Shown here: in pieces, positions 12,646-23,957 of the stretch
Numbering within the stretch: position 1 is the first letter of the stretch
Layout of the letters: each line of letters starts with the position of its first letter
NCBI RefSeq assembly: GCF_027921745.1
Contig: NC_079240.1
Location: 744,001-808,000, forward strand
Direction: 5' to 3'
DNA: 64,000 nt
DNA from: Schizosaccharomyces osmophilus
Taxonomy: Eukaryota
Position numbers and translations under genes: made by a program
Notes under the pieces: model-generated
Seen by the model: the letters and a program-made list of their open reading frames with translations, nothing else
Told to the model about the DNA's origin: nothing
Databases searched by the model: none

Positions 12646-13641
12646 ATGGTTGCTGCAAATTCTTCGGTTAGGATTGGAAATGATGCCGAGACATATGTGT
12701 TCGACGTAGCTCAACTGAAAGATCATATAGCTGCTAGCTGTTCTAACGGTACTTGGGCTTGTTATGACAAGACAACTTTACGAGAGTCATTCAAAGTCCC
12801 AAAAGCGCACTCCAATATCACTGGTATTATCAATTATGAAAAGCATAATGGTGTGCTAACTTGTGGTACTGACGGAAAATTACAACTGTGGGATATACGA
12901 GATTCATCATCTAAGCCAGCTAGAACTTGGACCTCACAATCGGTGCCCTTTACATGCTTGGCGGCGAATCAGACAGAGCAAATAGCAGCTGGTTCTGAAT
13001 TGACACGATCGTTGGCTTCTATCTTTTTGCTAGATGCTAGAAACGAGCAAAAGATCATTCGTCAATGGAACGATGCACACAACGACGATATAACCAGCTT
13101 ACAATTTCATCCAAAAGATAATAATTTATTACTTTCTGGGTCCGTGGATGGACTTGTAAATCTTATGGACATTACCAAAGATGAAGATACAGAGAATACC
13201 GACGAAGACCCATTGTTGCATGTGATTAACCATGATGCTTCTATCCACATTGCTCGCTTTTTAGGTAAGCGAAGAGTTTTGGCATTGTCTCATATGGAAT
13301 CTTATGCTTTATATAAATTGAAGCGTGATTCGGACGACAAAACATGGACTAGTAAAGAGGTTACTTCTAACCAAGACTTACGACAATCGCTTCCATGCAG
13401 TTATGTAATTGATGCTTTTCCTGGTAATGATAAGCGCTCTTGTATGCTGGCTTTCGGTTCTTTTTCAAGTAATGAGACTCAGTTAGCTTCTTTGGATGCA
13501 GATACAGGTGAAATCAATAAAGAAGACATCGTATTTGAAAGGATGAGTACTGAAATATGTCGAGCTATCACTTATGACTCTAAAAATCATGTCTATTACA
13601 CAGGCGGTGAAGATGGTATGCTACAATGCTTCGCAGTATAA
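12646..13641 (+). CDS. WD40 repeat protein, WDR89 family
   Basis: WD repeats (LQLWDIR); HNDDITSLQFHP..LLLSGSVDGLVN and LSHME motifs. Confidence 0.85.
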   Translation: MVAANSSVRIGNDAETYVFDVAQLKDHIAASCSNGTWACYDKTTLRESFKVPKAHSNITGIINYEKHNGVLTCGTDGKLQLWDIRDSSSKPARTWTSQSVPFTCLAANQTEQIAAGSELTRSLASIFLLDARNEQKIIRQWNDAHNDDITSLQFHPKDNNLLLSGSVDGLVNLMDITKDEDTENTDEDPLLHVINHDASIHIARFLGKRRVLALSHMESYALYKLKRDSDDKTWTSKEVTSNQDLRQSLPCSYVIDAFPGNDKRSCMLAFGSFSSNETQLASLDADTGEINKEDIVFERMSTEICRAITYDSKNHVYYTGGEDGMLQCFAV

Positions 13642-14099
13642 TTCCAAGATTCAAGAATTAGAAAAAGGAACATATAAAAATAGACAATCTTATTTATTAG
13701 CATTTTTTTTGGTATTTTTGAATAGGAAATTATCCCATACTTGGCTTGTACTTTTGGCATCATTCCTTTAAATGAGTTAATGGACCTGTAAGAGCATATA
13801 TTTATCTCAAAACGCTGTATAGTCATAAAGATTGTAGTAAATGTAATGCACCTAACCTATTTTTAAGCATATTTACATATATATGCTTGCGCTATTTTTT
13901 CTATTACTAATTTTCTTTATTACCTTAGAAAACGTTATTTAAGCATATGTTAAAATAAATGCAGGCCTTTGGCATATTATCAAAACTGCAGTAAAACACC
14001 ATTTGACTTAGTGTAAGTAAACAAGACTTACAATATTCAGCATTATTCTTGTACATAGAATATTTTGGTTATTTTAGGTCGGATTTCGGAGTCTTAGTA

Positions 14100-15041
14100 A
14101 TGGCTAATTCTCGGTTTGAGTATGTCAAACAATATGAGCGAATGGATAGATTATTACCTGAAACATATATTGTGATTCGAATTGACGGCAAAGGATTTCA
14201 CAAATTCACTAAAAAACATGAATTTGAAAAACCGAACGATCTTAGGTGCTTGAGTTTAATGAACGCAGCAGCTAAAGTAGTAATGTCAGAATTTACAGAC
14301 ATTGTATTGGCATATGGGGACAGTGATGAGTACAGGTATTATAATATCTGCATCTATGATATCTAACTAAATAGTTTTATATGGTCGAAAAGTACTGAAC
14401 TATATGAACGAAGAGAAAGCAAATTGGTCTCCCATGTGTGCTCCTTGTTTACGTCTGCATTCGTTTTCAATTGGACTCGATATTTTGATATTCCACTCTT
14501 GTCTCTTCCATCATTTGACGGCCGTGCTGTTTTGTACCCCAGCATTTTTGTTTTACGGGATTATCTGAATTGGAGACAGGCAGACTGTCATATAAATAAT
14601 TTGTACAACACTACGTTTTGGGCTTTAATACAAAAAGGAGGATTAACAAATACAAAGGCAGAAGAATACTTAAAGGTAAGTAATGATAATGATTATGGTC
14701 GGACAATGTCGTTAACTTAGTGGTCTTTCGGGATCGTTGTAGGGTACCGTCAGTTCTCAAAAACATGAAATTCTCTTTTCCCAGTTTCATATAAATTATA
14801 ATAACGAACTTGAAATTTATAAAAAGGGTTCAATCTGGGTACGGGAGGTAAGTTCAAATTCAATTAACTTAGATCTGTTACTTACCCAGTCCAGCTTGAA
14901 GAAAATGAATCAGCTCCTTCTAAACACCAAAAGTACTCTACGAAACAAAAACGAAAAATGGGTCTACGATTGCTTCATGTAAGCATTATTGACAATGAGT
15001 TTTGGAATACTCGGCCCTACCTCAGCATATTGCTTAACTAA
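14100..15041 (+). CDS. thg1: tRNA-His guanylyltransferase; exons 14100-14335, 14375-14675, 14743-14847, 14895-15041
   Basis: MANSRFEYVK, IRIDGKGFHKF, YGDSDEYSF, PSFDGRAVLYP and WRQADCHINNLYNT motifs joined by three in-frame introns. Confidence 0.93.
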
Positions 15042-15282
15042 GTTATTATACCTGACGTAGCAAATAGTTTACTACTTTAGACGTGCAAAAAGAAATTTAT
15101 TGAAGCCATAGATTTGCTTGCAAAGCTTCTCTATAATCAGTTAAATATAGATTAAATAATTAAGTAAAAAAATATTAGCGGTAGAGTATGGAGTCATAAC
15201 AAAATTAATCGAAATTCATAAATGTGAAATCGGTTGGAAAAACAAAATCCTTCCAACAGGTAAATAAAAACAGGTGACTATT

Positions 15283-17936
15283 TCATGCATAATTCGTAGT
15301 AAGGGTCATATTAGCTACTCCTTCAGAAACCTTATCGGTCACATTTGGGAGAATTTCTTGCAGTTTACCTTGTAACAAGTCCAAGCGCTTTGTAATTAGG
15401 GTGATTACTAAAGTCGTTAGTCTAGCATTCTTTCTCAAAATATGCAGGGAAGCTTACGTTTCTGGATAGTAAAAGTGTTGTTGAAGTCTTCAGTGCCGGT
15501 AGGAATCGAGAATTCACCTTCGAGTAGTGATTCCAACAAATTATTGGCTACTTTATAATTCTTCAATGAACTAACCAAATCATTACCGGAAAGTTCGGAG
15601 GTAGCAGCGTTTCGAGACTGTCGCATTAGTAACGTGACACCAATAATTGCCTTAGTAACTTACTATGTCTAAAGCCCTCTGGTAGATGAGTTGCGATGCA
15701 AACGCGGGTTTGACCATTCGTATAGTATTTACAAAGGAATATGAGTTTACAACGGCCTTTAGGAACTCAGATTTCTCTAGGCTCTCTACATATCTTCTTT
15801 GATACCATTCCATTGCTTCTCGGCACTCAGCCGAATCCTTCTCATCCTTATTAGACAAAACGGTAGAGAAAAAATTAAATGCAATTTGAAGGAGCTCAAT
15901 ATCCCTTTGGTATAAAGTCAGTGATTCTTTCACTAAGGAAACTAACGATGCTGACGTGAGTCGAGCGTCTTTTAATGAATCATTTTGCGCTTCGTCAATT
16001 TCCAAAGACGGAAGCACTTGAATTAACTTCACCTCAGCCATATGGAAAACAGCATTTGATTTAACAGCGAGATCCTCCAAAACTTCCATTAGGGTCTTAT
16101 TCATGGCCTGGCGATTAACAGGTGCATTCGTACGGCTTGACAAGCTAGTTTGCTTGGGTAATGACTGAATAGGGCTTTTACTCGAAATACCATCAACTCC
16201 ATGATTAAGTTTTGCATTGGCAACATTAAGCGCTCTTTCCAATGCACTTTCATGACTGTTACCACTAGGCGCATTTGGTAGCGACACAGGTGTCTGTTCA
16301 AAAGCCCTCCGTAACTGCGTAACTGGTGTATGCGACATGTACGGATTATGGGGCGGATAGGCATTGGCTTTCATATAAGGTATAGGAATGCGACGGGGAT
16401 GAACATATGCTTGGGTGTTGGATGGCAAGCTTTCAGGTGAAAAACTTCCATGAAAAACGTCTTCGTTTGGAGAAGGTGAGTTCCCCTTCACAGAAGGCTC
16501 CTGGTTTTGAACTTGGTCTAATTCGTCATCAGAATGGCGTTCAATGGAGTTTATAGTATGTCGATCGACGACGACATAAGTACTACTTCTGTCGGGTACA
16601 TGGTTATTATGGTGTTTATGCTCGGAGATTGGTAAGTTCGAATTGGAATTGAAATGCGTAGGAAAATTGCTGGCAGGAGGTGCACTTTCGAGTGGAAAAA
16701 CAGCGGGGGCATGAGGCAATGTTGTACCATCCTGTGCGTAACGGGCGGAATGTCGTCGATTGGATATATCTGTTGGTTGCTGTACAGATCCTTGGGCTTG
16801 GAAGGCTTGTCGTAGTAAACCGCCAGGAGGGTTATTGGGGTTGCTTTTCGGGAAAAAGTCGGTGATATATGCAGGGCTAGAAGAAGGGATATTTATACCC
16901 TTGATTGCATCCTGAATATCGCTACCAGTCAACGAAGAATCATCTATTACTGGAGCTGTAATTACCATACTAGCAAAAAAATGGTCGTAATCAATGCGGT
17001 CTGCGGGGTTTTGCTTTAGCAAGGCACAGATCAATCCTTTTATATCCGAATGAACGAAAGCCTCCTCTGGAAACTTAATAACATCTTTTGCACGCTGGAT
17101 ACGGCGTAAAAGTTCTACGTGGTTGGGAGCTTTAAATGGGGGTTTTCCAACGGCCATTTCATAAAGAACAGCGCCCACGGACCATAAGTCTGCTTTTGCA
17201 TCATACTTTTCATATCTCAAAATTTCAGGAGCCATGTATAAAGGAGATCCACACAGAGTTTCAGCCATGCTAGATGTTTGAAGGTAACGAGCAAACCCAA
17301 AGTCAGCCAGTTTCAGCATGGGTAACTTTGGGCTACCAATAAACTGAGGATGTTGCTCTAAAAAGGCTTCAGTTGGCGGAGGTTGTAGAAGCAAATTTTG
17401 AGGTTTCACATCTCGATGTATTAAAGATCGAGAGCGTAGGAATTGAAGTGCAGAAGCCAATTGCTGCATAAAATGACGAACTAGCGTTTCGTTCAATCCT
17501 GCTTTATAGACAGGTGGATGGTCTACATTAATCCAGGCCAAAGAAGGGATACTGCTAAATTTCTCTCGTTTCCGAATGAAGTAGCTTAAATCCCCCAACG
17601 AACAGTACTCCATAACGAGGTGGATAAACCTGCCAAGTTTAATGCAGTCTATTAATTCTACAACGTGCACATGTCGAATTTCCTTTAGAATTGATATCTC
17701 GCTTTCCAAGTTCTCCAGTAGTTTCTTGGTTAATTTCTTCGTCAATACACTCTTAATGGAGACCACGCGCTTCGTTTCCTAACAAATGGTTAATTCTCTA
17801 TTTTCTCTCTAGTAAGCATTTCACTTCGACTTACTGAATGCTTTCCCTTGTAAACAATGGCGAAGGAGCCGCGTCCAATTTCTGATCGAATAACATAGGG
17901 ACCGATATTTTGATTGTTGTTACTATGTGCGTTCAT
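15283..17936 (-). CDS. atg1: Autophagy Ser/Thr kinase Atg1; exons 17936-17835, 17778-15664, 15617-15458, 15407-15283
   Basis: [24 protein letters not shown] and [21 protein letters not shown] motifs; C-terminal MIT-like region; three GTAAG introns keep frame. Confidence 0.93.
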
Positions 17937-18461
17937 ACAAAAAGGATTCCACAAATTCTAATCAATTCCCAATAGTTCTATTCTTAGCATGGGAGTTGGC
18001 AAAGACATCATAAGATTATAAATGACTTTATTATCAACATAAGTAGAGAGCTCGAGCGAGCTCTTTAATTTGCAACACCACGAATCCAATGTTCATCTGT
18101 AGTGCTGCATGCGTATGCCTATCAAACAAACGCAATTGCTGCTAACTGACGAAAGCTCTAGTTTGGATAGCTTCATTTTGCCGACTGTTCGTACCATCTG
18201 ACTAACGATGGCAAGCCAACCCATATCGTTACTTAACTAATAAACTGGGCAATTGCCGAATGTTACTGCCTTATAGTATTCTTAATTTCATAGATCTGTA
18301 AGTGTATGTTAACGTCATCTCAAAATTCGTATTTCATTAGGATTTGTAGGTAGAGAGCAGGAACTGCCATAAGATTGAATGCCAAGAAGGTAAAATTAAT
18401 AGACGATGTAACCTGAAAAAGAATCCATTCACATATTTACAATAGTTTAATTCCGAGTTCA

Positions 18462-18474
18462 TTTGTTTGTTTAC
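18462..18474 (-). promoter_or_regulatory. FLEX-like forkhead site upstream of atg1
   Basis: GTAAACAAACAAA on the minus strand about 530 bp upstream of the atg1 ATG. Confidence 0.5.
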
Positions 18475-18818
18475 TCAATATTACACAAAGAGGTATTAAA
18501 ATCATATCAACCCATTCATTCTCGTAAATATATAAGCCTATCGCATGACGCTGTGACTTGAAATCATTTTAACGAAGAAAGTGTGACACAAACAATGCGA
18601 GCAAAAATACATGAATTAGCACACATTTGCCATTAAAATTACAATTTAGTCATTATGAAGTCGTCCAAAATGATTCTGTCTTGCTGCATATCGGAACAGA
18701 TAGTCTTTTATTTTTATTTCTTATTACACACAGTAAACACATTCTGTCGAAGACGAAGAATGGAACGTAAAAAAGTATACAAAGTACACATGTTTGACCT
18801 CTCATAAATTTCTCTAGT

Positions 18819-20319
18819 TCAAGTATTTTCCAATGCCCGATACAAGACCCACATGTACATAGGCAAAATGAGATTATCGTTTTCCAATGAAACGGCCTCC
18901 AGCATAGCTGTACAAACAGACATTGCCAAGGTATTTCTTAAACTAACGTGAGGGCAAATATGCATTCTATGTGCGAGTTGAAGGACCACAAACACAGACA
19001 CTGAAAAAGCAGCAGTGCCTTCCAGTGTTTTTCCCGTTCTATGAATCCTAGTCCTTCCGTACTTTTTCCCAATGATGCTTGCCATAGAATCTCCACATCC
19101 AAGGCAAAGGACGCCAACCAAGAGTTCTGCAGAAGCGACTGGTCCGCGTAGTGCATGAGAAAACCAGACAGGGATTGCGCATCCGATTAGGAGGTAAATG
19201 TGAGAAATAATTAATGGTCCACGATGATCTCTATTGTCTGTATATTGCCACAAAAATTTATGTATCATTTCCCCAAATGGTTCCAAACGGAGCACACGGA
19301 TGCCCTCAATAAACAAAAACGAAAAGAGTACTCCCGAAAACGCAAGATGTACAAAATAGGGGTCTGTACAATAAGTAGGAAGAAACATAAAGACAATAAG
19401 AGCATGATATGTTTTCCTTCTAAAATTTAATAGTTCTCCTTTTGACCCAAAATAGTCACGAAAGAAACTGCCGTTGTGAGAGCAAATGATGAAACCTATA
19501 TAGCTTGATAGGCACATGACCCACCAAATCAAAATTGTTATCCTTTTTTTGGAATAAGGACTCAAAAAAATTTGAGCAAATACCCAATATTCGGGCTTTT
19601 GCTGGATACGCTTGGAAACCCACAATCGAGAGACGAAAATGACAACAAGAATACTAGCTGCATAAACTAATAGGGAAGACTTTTCCTTTGTAAGTTTGCA
19701 ACTAGAACATATTTGTAGCAGGCACGAATTCAGTAAAACTAACGAGGGAACAGATATTAACAAAACACCGGCCAAGACAGATACTAGAGGGCCAGCCTCA
19801 TTCAGAAAGGTAGCATATGCTACACTGCTAAGTCCAGTGGAAATTAAAACGGCTTCAATAAATGTAAAGCTGTTTCTTGTGATTTCTATAAAGGCTTCTG
19901 TAATAGTAGCATGAAGTTGTAAAGGAACAAATCCAGTTTGCAGTCCCTTCAATAAATATGAGAAGAACGGGAGTTTTAGGTTAAAGGCAATTGCTGCATT
20001 ATAAAAGCAAACCATGTACATTTCATGAAAAAGTAGAGAGTCCCTTCCAAAACCTATACATAGGATCGCAAATGGAAAGGAGGACAGCCATAATAGCGGT
20101 CTATTATCATTTATTAGCTTTGAACGTGGAATCAATGTTAGTCACTTACTCGTAAAAGCATTTTTCTTTGGGATTTGCAAGAAAATATATGAAAGCGGGC
20201 AGAAAGAAGGTAATATTAGAAAAGCTCGCATATGAGATATAAGAATCAGATAGCAACGGAAGGAATAGGATAGAAAATATTTCCAAAACAATCTCAATTT
20301 CAAAAAAAGGAAGGTTCAT
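18819..20319 (-). CDS. sec59: Dolichol kinase; exons 20319-20150, 20100-18819 (start uncertain)
   Basis: Multi-TM protein with RRKTYH, DNRDHRGPLIISHIYLLIGC, GCGDSMASIIG, KTLEG and NDNLILP motifs; intron 20149-20101 joins FYE-PLLW. Confidence 0.88.
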
Positions 20320-21058
20320 TAGTAAGGATGCTAAAAAGTAAACTCTAGATACTAACAAATGACAGCAAAAACTATCTTCCTTTTTAATGTATATAAGGGT
20401 TTAGTCTGTTTTGATTTATTCTTTTTTTCGAAAATAGTCATTCATGTAAGCTAGATCGACCAGCGTGATTAACAATCTGAATTTTGGCAAAACAGCGTTA
20501 AGAGTTATTCGACGGGGAAGAATGAAAGGAATATTTTTAAGAACTACTATAGCATTCTACACGCATTCATTAATTGCGTAGAATTCTGTTCTTGGTGTAA
20601 AGTAGAATGGAAAGGGTCGGTGAACTGAAGATGCTGTTTACAAGTGAAAAAACAACTAATTTTCCTAACAATACTGGGGTCGACAAAGAAGTGCAGAAAA
20701 AGAATCCATAGTGATTATGACAAGTTACAGAATAAACAAGGGCTAAGACTTAAATAGCGAAAGAAGCAAGGCTTTGAACGCTTGCCAAAAACGTTACGAA
20801 TGGCAGAATACGGCTACATGAAAAAAAGAAAGACAAAAGCGTCAAGCGTAAAATAAAGTAAAGTAAGTATAGGTAAGTAAATGATGAAGAGCTCTATGGA
20901 AAGTAGTTGGAGAAAGGACGGTAAGAGAAGAAGGAAAACAGCACACATAAAAAAGGTATCAATCTTTTTTCAGGAACTTGTCATAGTACGTGCTTGAACA
21001 TTACGATAAAACAAGACAAACGAGCCAAGTAAACAAAGGTAGGCATTCATAAACGGAT

Positions 21059-21767
21059 TTAATCTTGACGACCCTTTACAAGTCGTTTTACACATTTGTC
21101 AGGTGTAATGATATAGACAACACAACCCCAACCACTAATTGCATCACGATCTTGAGCATTTAAGAGAGCTTGAGAAATAGTTTCAAATAAATCTTCAGGC
21201 TCGAGGTTGGGCTCGTATACGGACTCGCACATACCATAAAGTTGTTCTGCAGCGGTACCACTCACAATAAAGTCATCAGCAAAGTCAATGCATCCAATGG
21301 AATCGAACCCACAAACGAAAGGATTGTCATCTTTAGCCAAACCAGCTACAACTGGGAAAGAAAAGTAAGGTCCGAATCTGGAAAACAAGTGTTAGCAACA
21401 AGATCGAATAATCAATAAACAATTAGGTAGAAATCAAAGTGATTGTTTCTAGTACAAGGGGCATGCCGTACCTTTTTTCGTAAAGTGAAGTGGACACCAA
21501 ATTGGCAAAGGTCTTTGGTTCAATTTGACGCTCCTCACGGAATTTATACATGTTTACTTTATAACGGAATAGTTCATAGAGCGTCTGAACATCACTAGCA
21601 AAGCCTGTAAGTCCCAAATACGTCTTGTCGGTCATGGGGAATACTTTTGGAAAGTTATTTGCCAAGGATATAGATTGTACTCCCAAACGCAAATCAGATG
21701 CAATAGCCACACAGTTCTTTCCTGTCATGGCTACGCAGGATCCACCATTATATTCCATAATACTCAT
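21059..21767 (-). CDS. pup3: 20S proteasome subunit beta-3; exons 21767-21472, 21377-21059
   Basis: [32 protein letters not shown] across the intron, and DRDAISGWG. Confidence 0.95.
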
Positions 21768-22630
21768 TTTGGCAATGTTTCGTGAAGAGATGAAGGAACC
21801 ATACCTCTCAAAGAAAGCAAGTAAGATGAGTGTAGCTGAAATACCGTACTTTAGCGTCTTTCGTTATATAAGATTTCAAAAGAAATATCATTACGGAATA
21901 TTGTTTAGTGCGGTAAGCCGTAATTTGGAAATGCATATAGTAGAGTATAATTCCATCGTTATAGTAATTCGTTCATGGTGGTTTTTTTAAGCAGCAAGGG
22001 GAAGAAAAGTGAACGGTTTCCTCTGGATATAGTTTTGACTTTTTCTTTTTATATTTTATAACAATTTTTAAGTTTTTGTTTTTCTTCTTGATGTGTTTAT
22101 GAGGGTTCCTAAGGATACCTCTTGTGGAGATGGGCTTTTACGAAAGATAAATATAAGGCAAGAGCCATATAATTGACCTTGCAAAGAGGACGTTGGCTCA
22201 GTTTCAACTTAAATCAAGATAACCCTATTTTACCTAAAATGATTCGGCTCCATATTCTTCCCATGTTTCATAACTTTGCTGATTTTGCCCGGCATTATTT
22301 TTGAGCTGCAATCCACTGAGCATAGGTTATTGAGCAACCACCAAACGCATACCTAGGTGTACGAATTTTTTCAAAGATTGCTACAAATATAATTAAAGAG
22401 AAAAACGAGCCAGATGAAACTGGAAATTGCATTTTTACTACGGATTGTTTTTTGTAAATCATATTATTCCTTTTAATACGTTGTTGTCTTTCAAAGATAG
22501 TCGCGTTGTAAAGTGAAAAGTTGAGTACCGTAAGCTAGTACAAATTCGCTAAAGGACTTTCAAAGGCAACCCACGTAAACGCGCAAAAGACGATGCCTAT
22601 CCTTGTCGAATTCATCAATTTTCTTTGAAA

Positions 22631-23284
22631 ATGCAAAAGGATTACTATTCCATACTGAACGTGTCGCGAAAAGCAAGTCAAGAAGAGATACGGTTTGCCT
22701 ATAAAAGAGCTGCTCTTGAAACACATCCAGACCGGGTGTCTCCCAATGAACGTTCACAGGCAACGCAGCAATTCCAGTTGGTGAATGAGGCTTTCTATGT
22801 TTTAGGGGATTCTACCCGTCGTGCTCAATACGATCGCGAAAATGTTTTTACTTCTTCCTCATCACGGTCAAAAACCAAACCATCATCTTCTTTCTTTGGT
22901 GGCCGCAGCAAAGACGAGGGTGCTTCTTCGAGTCAAGGTGAAAAGTATGCGTATGGATTCCAAGACTCTTTCGCAAACTCTCAATTTGGTAATATTTTTA
23001 ATGAAATGATGAGCGAGTCTTCTAACGAAGGTTTATTGCATCATATCTGGACCGCGATCGGTGGTCTTGCTGGAGCTGCACTTGGTTTTATTGCTTTTGA
23101 TGCACCTGGTGCCCTTTTGGGATCCTTTTCCGGTGCGGGTTTAGGGAGAGTCCGAGACAAGCATGGCAAAAGTGCCTATAGTGTTTTTATGGATCTTCCA
23201 GCTACCGAGAAAGCTCGCATCTTAAGCAAGTTACTCTTTCAGATCTTAAATACGTCGAAAACTTTTGCCAATAAATCACCTTAG
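22631..23284 (+). CDS. DnaJ-domain protein with C-terminal Gly-rich hydrophobic segment
   Basis: DYYSILNV..AYKRAALETHPD..FQLVNEAFYVL J-domain; GGLAGAALGFI glycine-zipper-like region. Confidence 0.88.
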   Translation: MQKDYYSILNVSRKASQEEIRFAYKRAALETHPDRVSPNERSQATQQFQLVNEAFYVLGDSTRRAQYDRENVFTSSSSRSKTKPSSSFFGGRSKDEGASSSQGEKYAYGFQDSFANSQFGNIFNEMMSESSNEGLLHHIWTAIGGLAGAALGFIAFDAPGALLGSFSGAGLGRVRDKHGKSAYSVFMDLPATEKARILSKLLFQILNTSKTFANKSP

Positions 23285-23957
23285 CGTTTCTCAGTTCCAT
23301 TTGCATCTGATTTCTTTCTTGCTTGTTTTTTTTTTTTTTTTTTGCACCTCGCACCTACGCCTTCTGTTTTCTACACGTATCCTTTTTTTTACAATCCATA
23401 GTAGTGATTATTTAAAAAAGATTATTAGGAATATATGCTATCATCGTTATGCTGCTGATTCTTGCTTTTTTTTGTTTTCGTTTCTGTCTTGTCCATCTTG
23501 CCTGAGTTAACAATATTACTATAATGAAGGTGACTCGGGAATGAGCATCATAATATTCTCCTAGGGCGTCATCAAAATAAGCGCAACGCAGCCGATTTCC
23601 CCATGTTTCGCTAGCTGTACGAAACTTTGATGTCATTCTACCGTGTCAACATGATGTAGAATGTTTTTCTTCTTCCCTTCGTTCATGTCATTTTGAATTC
23701 TCTTTTAACCTATATCAAAGAAATACTAGTAAAGACTGCAAGTCAAAGGGAAAACCATATAAATCCATCCTTTTCTTCTCACAGGGAAATATCTTGAAAA
23801 GTTGTGATTGTGACTTATTCTTTTAGTGTCGAAGTCTTTGGCATTCATTTTCTGATATTATCGTTTGTCTTACCCTTGTGTGAGCAAAGTGATAGGAAGG
23901 GTCTTTTTCTACTTTGAAAAATTTACTTCTCAACTTTATGATCGACATTATTCTATC

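Noticed and set aside
20353..20441. Upstream ATG at 20441 as an extra first exon of sec59
   Set aside because: The frame ends at TAG, and I found no donor/acceptor pair that keeps phase with the downstream exon.
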